Below are positions 7,321 to 12,878 of a stretch of DNA of 12,878 bases, piece by piece (the first letter of the stretch is position 1; each line of letters begins with the position of its first letter). Under the pieces are notes generated by a model. That model was given only the letters and a program-made list of their open reading frames with translations, was not told the origin of the DNA and did not search any database. Made by a program: the position numbers and the translations under genes. Origin of the DNA: a virus. Its lineage: Duplodnaviria > Heunggongvirae > Uroviricota > Caudoviricetes. The stretch lies in the IMG/VR virus record IMGVR_UViG_2681813225_000019, one strand, 5' to 3'.

Positions 7321-7377
7321 TGTGTGCGCCTGTAAAGCAATGCGCCGTAGTACCTCACACCACGGCGCTGGTGATGG

Positions 7378-7557
7378 TTACTCCTGCTCTTTGGCCTTGC
7401 GGCGCTGGCGGCGTTTGATTTCGCCTTTAACGGCAGTAACTATAAATTGCGCTTTGCTTTCACCTTCATCTAAATTTTTTTCTAAGTCTGCAACAACATC
7501 ATGCGGGAATCTGGCATTTAACTGTTGCGACTTATTATTTGTTGAACCTGTTGCCAT
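7378..7557 (-). CDS. Ribbon-helix-helix (CopG/Arc-like) small DNA-binding protein, 59 aa; candidate island repressor
   Basis: Minus-strand ORF from the internal ATG at 7557 (SD GAGAGGA upstream): MATGSTNNKSQQLNARFPHDVVADLEKNLDEGESKAQFIVTAVKGEIKRRQRRKAKEQE. The pattern fits an RHH fold (strand QLNARFP, then two helices). The 114-aa extension in the ORF track is not protein-like. Divergent from the replication operon. Confidence 0.55.
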   Translation of the reverse strand: MATGSTNNKSQQLNARFPHDVVADLEKNLDEGESKAQFIVTAVKGEIKRRQRRKAKEQE

Positions 7558-7740
7558 TACTGAATCCTCTCTAAGTTGGTGCGATTCAGTATACACAAAA
7601 AAATTCAGAGAAAAAGGCTTGAAGTGCGATTCACTTGCTGATAGGTTAAAAACAGATGGTGCGATGCACCAAATAACAACGCCCCGCAGTGCGGGAACAC
7701 ATACGGGGCGTCTAACCAACAACGTAAACTAGGAGCCGTT
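7558..7740. promoter_or_regulatory. Divergent control region between the RHH gene and the replication operon, with inverted repeats
   Basis: 9-bp inverted repeat TACTGAATC (7558-7566) / GATTCAGTA (7585-7593) spanning the RHH gene SD. GTGCGATTCA occurs at 7579-7588 and 7623-7632; TGGTGCGAT at 7577-7585 and 7657-7665. Further hairpin-like segments at about 7658-7670 and 7693-7706 were read by eye. Confidence 0.45.
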
Positions 7741-8298
7741 ATGGTTGCCGTAAATCATATACCACACCTTGTACACACACAAACGGCCTTTGTGTGGCGT
7801 TTTCTGGCCCTGAATATCGGAGAAAAAAACCAGTTGATCGCCAGTGTCGAAAATAGCTATGATTCCCGCGCACCTCATAAAACGGGTGCCGGGATTGGCG
7901 TCCTGGGCAAAACTGAAGCGCATAACACGCGCCCCGCGTGTTTTTTTGTGCCGCATAGTCACACCTTATCAATGGTGGGCTGTACGGGGGCGGAGCAATC
8001 CGCGCCGGTTTCTTCAGTGTCCGGTTACGCCAACCCTGTACAGTCCGCCACCAGCGAAATTGGCGTTTCCGGTGGCGGTTATCTTAACCACACTGAGGAG
8101 GCTGCCAACATGGCTACTATCCCTACCCTTGTACATTCTCAAACCGCCTTTCTCTGGCGCTTTATCATCTTTGGCGCGTCAGAACATCAAATCATCCACG
8201 TAACCGCCTGGACGGAACGCGAAGCGCGTAGCCGTTGCCCGTCAGGTTGTGTTGCTGTATTCGCCGCCCGTATTCGTCAGGGGGTGTGCCATGCTTAA
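7741..8298 (+). CDS. First ORF of the replication operon; 185-aa ORF made of two tandem paralogous small-protein modules (possibly two genes, with the second starting at 8110)
   Basis: ATG at 7741 with AGGAG upstream. Module 1 (...HLVHTQTAFVWRFLA...) and module 2 (MATIPTLVHSQTAFLWRFIIF..., own GAGGAGG SD at 8095-8101 and ATG at 8110) are clearly related. The module-1 equivalent of the module-2 C-terminus (VAVFAARIR) appears in a different frame (RVFLCRIV). Confidence 0.5.
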   Translation: MVAVNHIPHLVHTQTAFVWRFLALNIGEKNQLIASVENSYDSRAPHKTGAGIGVLGKTEAHNTRPACFFVPHSHTLSMVGCTGAEQSAPVSSVSGYANPVQSATSEIGVSGGGYLNHTEEAANMATIPTLVHSQTAFLWRFIIFGASEHQIIHVTAWTEREARSRCPSGCVAVFAARIRQGVCHA

Positions 8299-8476
8299 AA
8301 CCTTCCGTGTATTTGCCAGCGCTGTTAACCCACTAGGCCACACAATTGGTATCGCTCAGAATGTGAAGGCTGTTAATGTTCAGACGGCTATTGCTGCGGT
8401 GAGAAGCGAATCATCAGAATATGGCTTATCACAAGTCATTATTTCAGCAGTGTATGAATTAAAAGAGGTGCATTAA
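8291..8476 (+). CDS. Hypothetical small protein, 61 aa
   Basis: ATG at 8291 with AGGGGG six nt upstream, overlapping the previous ORF's stop; MLKTFRVFASAVNPLGHTIGIAQNVKAVNVQTAIAAVRSESSEYGLSQVIISAVYELKEVH. The longer start at 8249 is less likely. Confidence 0.55.
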   Translation: MLKTFRVFASAVNPLGHTIGIAQNVKAVNVQTAIAAVRSESSEYGLSQVIISAVYELKEVH

Positions 8477-8667
8477 TGAAGGAAATTACATTACACGAAG
8501 CCGCTGAACGTGCGCACCAGACAGAAATTATTTGCCGCCTTCTTGAGGTATACCCTAATAAATTAAATGATGGTGATATATCCGCATTAGCTGGCCTTCT
8601 GGCAAAACTGTCAGGAAGTGTTGCGCTGTGGTTAATTGATGAGAGAGCCGAACGCTATGAAAAATAA
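8476..8667 (+). CDS. Hypothetical small protein, 63 aa
   Basis: ATG at 8476 overlaps the upstream stop (TAATG); SD AAGAGGTG at 8463-8470. Confidence 0.6.
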   Translation: MKEITLHEAAERAHQTEIICRLLEVYPNKLNDGDISALAGLLAKLSGSVALWLIDERAERYEK

Positions 8668-8899
8668 TAAACTGGCGACCAGTGAATTAAGAAGCCTTGC
8701 CAACAGCGCAATATCTTTAAACAACGCAGCAAACGAAGTAATGAATATGTGGCTTCAGTCGCTGGTGAATAATGAACGCAATGAATCAACTGCAAGATTA
8801 ATATTAGCCGTTTCTGAATTACTGGATAGTTCAACCAGCAAAATAGAGAGCATATCAGAGAAGATTAACGGCTTATCAGGTCACGCTATCGGGGAATAA
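8657..8899 (+). CDS. Hypothetical small protein, about 80 aa (alternative start at 8636)
   Basis: ORF in the same coupled operon; ATG at 8657 overlaps the end of the previous gene; starts MKNNKLATSELRSLANSAISLNN.... Confidence 0.55.
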   Translation: MKNNKLATSELRSLANSAISLNNAANEVMNMWLQSLVNNERNESTARLILAVSELLDSSTSKIESISEKINGLSGHAIGE

Positions 8900-8904
8900 A
8901 AATA

Positions 8905-9204
8905 ATGAAACTTAAATATCCTGGCTTAACTGACAGCGGCAAAACTCGCACTAAATTCATGCGCGGGGATATTTACCGCGACCAGTACGGCGGCACGGTA
9001 ATGATTAAGGGCGTGGAGGAACGGCGCGTAACCTACCATCGTGAAGGCTACGAATATGATTGCGTGATGCCTGTTTATCAGTTCCGGCGTGATTTTTCTC
9101 TGGTACAGGCAGCGCCCCGCAGTAAACCAACCAGCAGGGAGAAAGCACGCGCCAATATTCAGGAAATAAAAAAGATGCTTAACGTATTCAGGGGTAAGAA
9201 ATGA
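8905..9204 (+). CDS. Hypothetical protein, 99 aa
   Basis: ATG at 8905 following the upstream stop at 8897-8899; its stop overlaps the start of the replication gene (ATGA at 9201-9204). Confidence 0.65.
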   Translation: MKLKYPGLTDSGKTRTKFMRGDIYRDQYGGTVMIKGVEERRVTYHREGYEYDCVMPVYQFRRDFSLVQAAPRSKPTSREKARANIQEIKKMLNVFRGKK

Positions 9205-11333
9205 AACTGGCACCGAACGTAAAAAAACAGCCACGCGGAATAAAACACAAAGACACAGAGGTAATTATTTTCGCGGGTAGTGATGCCTGGTCGCACGCGA
9301 AACAATGGCAGGAGCAGGATGGCCCCGCATCCGGCGATAATGTTCCGCCTGTGTGGCTTGGGCCAAATCAGCTTGCCGAACTTGATGCGCTGAAAATTGT
9401 TCCGGATGGAAAAAAACGCGTAAGGCTGTACCAGGCCGGAGAACTGGATTTGGTGGAGACCAAAAAGATTGGTCAGAAGCTGGCGGCGGCAGATATTCAG
9501 GACGCAAATTTTTACCCCGAAGGAATGCACGGTCAGAAGGTGGAGAACTGGCGCGAATATCTGGCCCGTGAGCGGCAGAATCTTTCTGATGGTCTGGTTA
9601 TTGAGTTTCCGGTAAAGAAAAAAGATACCGGAAGCCATAGCGATGACGAATTAAAGCCACGCGTTGAAAGTCGCGCCGATGGTGTTTTCTGGGTAACGCC
9701 CAAAGTGGATAAGCAGTCAGGCGAAATTATCCGGCCTGAGACGTGGTTATGTTCTCCGCTTGAACTACTGGGAACGGGGACGATCGGTAAAGAGCATTAC
9801 CGCGTGATGCGCTGGAAAAAAACCGCAAACCATAAAGTCATCACAATGGCGATCCCGTGTGGTGGTATCGGCGACCGTGACGGCTGGCGGTTACTTAAAG
9901 ATCACGGGCTGAACGTGACAACCAACGGCAAATACAGGGCAATCCTGGCGGACTGGATGCAGTTAAGCGGAAGCCATGAGGAATGGCAGTTAAGCACAAC
10001 AACGGGCTGGCATTTTGGCGCGTACATCATGCCGGACGGTTCGATCATTGGTGAATCTGAAAAACCGATCCTGTTTACCGGAAAAAGCGCCGCGATTAAC
10101 GGTTATTCCGTGGCGGGCACGGCGGATGGCTGGCGCGACAGCGTGGCGCGGCTGGCTGGCGGTAATGCCTCAATGATACTGGGTGTGGCAACGTCACTGG
10201 CAGCGCCTTTAATTGGCCTTGTGGGTGCTGACGGCTTCGGGGTGCATCTTTTCGAACAGTCATCGGCAGGTAAGACCACCACGCAGAACATCGCATCAAG
10301 TTTATGGGGAGAGCCGGACGCGCAGCGGCTGACCTGGTACGGCACGGCGTTAGGTATTGCCAATGAGGCCGAGGCCCATAATGACGGGCTTTTACCACTG
10401 GATGAGATAGGCCAGGCCGGAAATGCGCGGGAAGTGTCAACGTCTGCTTATACGCTGTTTAACGGTTCAGGGAAATTGCAGGGGGCGAAGGATGGCGGCA
10501 ACAGGGAGATCAAACACTGGCGAACGGTGGCAATCAGCACCGGAGAAATGGACGTTGAGACATTCCTCAAAAGTGAGGGGATAAAAGTTAAGGCGGGGCA
10601 GCTTGTCCGACTGCTTAACGTTCCGATGGAAAAAGCCACGAAATTTCACGAATACAGCAACGGTAAGGAACATGCTGACGCGTTAAAGGATGCCTGGACA
10701 GCAAATCACGGGGCGGCGGGTCGTGAGTGGGTTAAATGGCTGGCAGGCCACCAGCAGGAGGCAAAGGACACGGTAAGGGAATGCCGCGAACGGTGGCGCA
10801 ACCTGATACCGGAGAGTTACGGCGAGCAGGTCCACCGCGTGGGTGAACGTTTCGCCATACTGGAGGCCGCGCTTGTGCTTTCCGGTCATGTAACTGGCTG
10901 GGTCGTGCAGGAATGCCGCGACGCGATACAGCATAACTTTAATGCCTGGGTGAAGGAGTTCGGCACAGGTAACAGGGAATTTAAACAGATGGTTGAACAG
11001 GCTGAGGCGTTTTTGTCGTCGTTTGGGTTTAGCCGCTACCTTCCGTACCCCAATACAGATGAGCGTGATTTACCGATTAAAGAGCTTGCCGGATACAGAA
11101 AAGGGAGCATTCGCAACGAAGATGACGAGATGCGCTATTACACGTTCCCGCACGTGTTTGAGAGTGAGATAGCGAAGGGATTTAATCCGGCGCATTTTGC
11201 GCGTGCCCTGGATGCTGCCGGAATGCTGGAGAAGGGAAGCGATCGCCGATACAAAAAAAAGGCGCTGGGCAAGATTGGGGGTAAGCAGCATGTTTTTTAC
11301 GTGCTGATGTTCCAGCCTGATGATGAAGATTAA
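9201..11333 (+). CDS. Island replication protein, 710 aa: primase/helicase-like with a central P-loop NTPase (DUF927-type, family assignment from memory)
   Basis: Large ORF translationally coupled to upstream genes. Walker A-like SSAGKTT and Walker B-like LLPLDEIG present. Immediately followed by an iteron array, the arrangement seen in satellite/PICI replication modules. Confidence 0.88.
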   Translation: MKLAPNVKKQPRGIKHKDTEVIIFAGSDAWSHAKQWQEQDGPASGDNVPPVWLGPNQLAELDALKIVPDGKKRVRLYQAGELDLVETKKIGQKLAAADIQDANFYPEGMHGQKVENWREYLARERQNLSDGLVIEFPVKKKDTGSHSDDELKPRVESRADGVFWVTPKVDKQSGEIIRPETWLCSPLELLGTGTIGKEHYRVMRWKKTANHKVITMAIPCGGIGDRDGWRLLKDHGLNVTTNGKYRAILADWMQLSGSHEEWQLSTTTGWHFGAYIMPDGSIIGESEKPILFTGKSAAINGYSVAGTADGWRDSVARLAGGNASMILGVATSLAAPLIGLVGADGFGVHLFEQSSAGKTTTQNIASSLWGEPDAQRLTWYGTALGIANEAEAHNDGLLPLDEIGQAGNAREVSTSAYTLFNGSGKLQGAKDGGNREIKHWRTVAISTGEMDVETFLKSEGIKVKAGQLVRLLNVPMEKATKFHEYSNGKEHADALKDAWTANHGAAGREWVKWLAGHQQEAKDTVRECRERWRNLIPESYGEQVHRVGERFAILEAALVLSGHVTGWVVQECRDAIQHNFNAWVKEFGTGNREFKQMVEQAEAFLSSFGFSRYLPYPNTDERDLPIKELAGYRKGSIRNEDDEMRYYTFPHVFESEIAKGFNPAHFARALDAAGMLEKGSDRRYKKKALGKIGGKQHVFYVLMFQPDDED

Positions 11334-11355
11334 TCCCCTGTGTGAGGAAAAAAAT

Positions 11356-11671
11356 TGCGGGTTATGCGGGTTATCCTGTGTATAAGTGTATTAAGCGCAT
11401 GAATATAAAGGAAATCAATAACCCGCACGTAACCCGCAAAAGGGCATTTATAACCCGCAAAAGCACGATTATAACCCGCAGGCGAATAACTGAAGTAACA
11501 CCGGACAGTCATGCGTAACCCGCAGAAAAAACCCCGTTTGCGGGTTATTTTGAGCATTTTGCGGGTTATGTGGTGAGCAAATAATAAACAGGGCGTTTTG
11601 CAACATGCTGATATAAAAGGATAAAAAATGGTTAGCACGCTAAGATAACCCAATAACCCGCATAACCCGCA
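11356..11671. repeat. Iteron array; putative origin of replication of the island
   Basis: TAACCCGCA at 11419, 11430, 11451, 11472, 11516, 11654 and 11663; inverted copy TGCGGGTTA at 11356, 11365, 11539 and 11560. Spacings of 9, 11, 21, 21 and 21 bp approximate helical-turn multiples. An AT-rich tract (ATATATATATAAATT, about 11681-11695) follows. Confidence 0.75.
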
Positions 11672-11705
11672 CATGTTTCTATATATATATAAATTGAGGT
11701 GGCAA

Positions 11706-11957
11706 ATGACCAGAACACGCAGAGACAGAACAGAGCCGAAATATAAAGCGTTAGATATAACAGAGCTGGCCTTAAAGGTGGCAATCAGAACGATAGACCG
11801 ACATGTAGGGGAAGGATACGCGAAGGAACATCCCGACCTGATAAGCGCATTCATGACCACAGCAGCGGCAAACTTTGCCACGTTGACAGAACGGGAGATT
11901 GCCGAAGCGGAACAGGTAACAACCATCAACGTTAAAACCGGAGAGCAGACAGCATGA
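11706..11957 (+). CDS. Hypothetical protein, 83 aa (start chosen at the internal ATG with GAGGTGG SD)
   Basis: ATG at 11706 preceded by GAGGTGG (11694-11700); stop overlaps the start of the SSB-like gene (ATGA at 11954-11957). The longer start at 11673 lies in the AT-rich origin tract. Confidence 0.6.
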   Translation: MTRTRRDRTEPKYKALDITELALKVAIRTIDRHVGEGYAKEHPDLISAFMTTAAANFATLTEREIAEAEQVTTINVKTGEQTA

Positions 11958-12364
11958 CAGCACAGATAGCGGCTTACGGGCGGCTGGTGGACGACCCGCA
12001 GGTAAAACAGACCAGCAAGGGAACACCGATGACGCTGGCGCGTATGGCGGTATCGCTGCCATGCAGCCAGGCACATGACGGACAGGCGACGTTATGGTTA
12101 TCGGTTATCGCATTTGGCAAACAGGCCGATTTCCTGGCTAAACATCAAAAAGGCGATGTTGCCAGCGTATCCGGCACGATGCAGGTAAGCCAGTGGACCG
12201 GACAGAACGGGGAAACGCGGCGGGGGTATCAGGTTATTGCAGACAGCGTAATCAGTGCCCGTGCGGCACGTCCTGGCGGGAACAGACGCAAGACCACAGG
12301 CACACAGGGTAATCAGCCACCAGCGGAAGGCGATGACCCTTACGGTGATGATATTCCGTTCTGA
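11954..12364 (+). CDS. ssb: Single-stranded DNA-binding protein-like (OB fold, acidic C-terminal tail), 136 aa
   Basis: SSB-like layout: IAAYGRLVDDPQVKQTSKG, W...V.AFGKQADFLAKHQKGDVASVSGTMQVSQWTGQNGETRRGYQVIAD, Gly/Pro/Gln-rich linker and C-terminal DDIPF, the SSB protein-interaction tip. Confidence 0.85.
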   Translation: MTAQIAAYGRLVDDPQVKQTSKGTPMTLARMAVSLPCSQAHDGQATLWLSVIAFGKQADFLAKHQKGDVASVSGTMQVSQWTGQNGETRRGYQVIADSVISARAARPGGNRRKTTGTQGNQPPAEGDDPYGDDIPF

Positions 12365-12376
12365 GGGGTGGGGACG

Positions 12377-12649
12377 ATGGTACATGACCGCATAGCGGAA
12401 GAACTGGAGGCGAAAGGCTTTTACCGGAGAGCGTCGGCGCGATGGGGTGAAGTCATGCAACTGGTGGAGACAGACAAGGAACGGCATCACATCACGATGC
12501 GACGGCTGGAATGTTCCAGGAAGGCACAGAGGCCACCGGAGCCGCCGGATAATTACGGAGACCTGAAAAAGGCGGTCGATCGCACTTATGCCGAAATGGG
12601 TATGGATGGTGCTGGTGATGAAATATGGCGAAATTACCAGGACAGATAA
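12377..12649 (+). CDS. PerC-family transcriptional regulator-like protein, about 90 aa (alternative GTG start at 12368)
   Basis: MVHDRIAEELEAKGFYRRASARWGEVM... resembles the N-terminal region of PerC/Pch-type regulators, as recalled from memory. ATG at 12377 preceded by GAGGGGTGGGGA. Confidence 0.7.
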   Translation: MVHDRIAEELEAKGFYRRASARWGEVMQLVETDKERHHITMRRLECSRKAQRPPEPPDNYGDLKKAVDRTYAEMGMDGAGDEIWRNYQDR

Positions 12650-12655
12650 TCACAC

Positions 12656-12678
12656 AGCCGGAGCAATCCGGCTTTTTG
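12656..12678 (+). terminator. Rho-independent terminator downstream of the perC-like gene
   Basis: AGCCGG (12656-12661), loop AGCAAT, CCGGCT (12668-12673), then TTTTT (12674-12678). Confidence 0.65.
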
Positions 12679-12878
12679 TCATGTTTTGTAAATTATTTGT
12701 TCGTGGTTGTTCCACGTTGTTCACTGAGCGGATCGGCATATTTTACCCGAACTGAATCATGATTATTCTCGCCCGTGGTGCCAGGACGCTGGGGCCACTT
12801 TCCCGCCTGTTAATGTTCTCGCCAATATTCATTACCAGGCGGGAAAACGAACGGTGCGATTGCTGATTTCCTTATGAA

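Larger units (their letters stand above)
4538..12878 (+). mobile_element. Left part of an integrated phage-satellite / PICI-like island (int - cargo - alpA - RHH regulator - replication operon - iteron ori - ssb - perC-like); right end lies beyond the window
   Basis: Gene order and content (tyrosine integrase next to the junction, AlpA, replication protein followed by iterons), the break in the riboswitch sequence at about 4537, and an AT-rich cargo ORF. No capsid, tail or terminase genes in the visible part. Confidence 0.75.

Noticed and set aside
7043-7732. 229-aa plus-strand ORF following alpA
   Set aside because: It runs antisense through the better-supported RHH-like gene and the divergent control region, and its composition is Cys/Ser/Arg-rich and not protein-like. 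Most likely an open frame by chance; kept only as a discussion point in the findings.
7729-7972. Two 77-aa minus-strand ORFs and the 119-aa plus-strand alternative frame (7844-8203)
   Set aside because: They overlap the tandem small-protein region. The 7844 frame probably reflects the frame change of the degenerate first paralogue, not an independent gene.
9159-10934. Several minus-strand ORFs of 63-159 aa inside the replication gene
   Set aside because: Antisense to a long, well-supported CDS; Pro/Arg-rich translations typical of the reverse strand of GC-balanced coding DNA.
11356-11671. Possible CRISPR array
   Set aside because: Repeat unit is only 9 bp, present in both orientations with irregular short spacings and no cas genes nearby. 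The pattern is that of replication iterons.
11330-12076. 248-aa minus-strand ORF
   Set aside because: It spans the iteron origin and lies antisense to the well-supported small ORF and SSB-like gene. The translated sequence is Cys-rich and low-complexity.
12650-12878. Right attachment site or island end within the window
   Set aside because: Searched for the missing 3' half of the thiM leader (CACCTGATCTGG...) and did not find it; the island evidently continues beyond the window.
1-12878. Insertion sequences or transposase genes
   Set aside because: No ORF with transposase-like features and no terminal inverted repeats bracketing a segment were seen.

Overview
The window spans a junction between conserved E. 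coli-type chromosome and an integrated phage-satellite/PICI-like island. Positions 1-4537 are core chromosome: the 3' part of a fimbrial usher gene (yehB-like), a fimbrial adhesin-like gene (yehA-like), the nickel/cobalt efflux locus rcnB-rcnA with its His-codon repeat, the divergent repressor gene rcnR with two TACT-G6-N-AGTA operator sites between them, and the 5' part of the thiM TPP riboswitch. The riboswitch sequence stops matching the native aptamer after ...AAATACCCGTAT (about 4537). From there to the window end runs an island module in the order: tyrosine integrase, an AT-rich 257-aa cargo ORF of unknown function, AlpA-type regulator, a divergently oriented small ribbon-helix-helix-like gene, a tightly coupled operon of small ORFs ending in a 710-aa replication protein, an iteron-type origin (11 copies of TAACCCGCA in both orientations), a small ORF, an SSB-like gene and a PerC-family regulator. 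The island continues past the window; no right junction is visible. The best candidate for an undescribed system is the 257-aa cargo ORF in the int-alpA accessory slot. All calls come from reading the sequence and from remembered family features; no database search was run.
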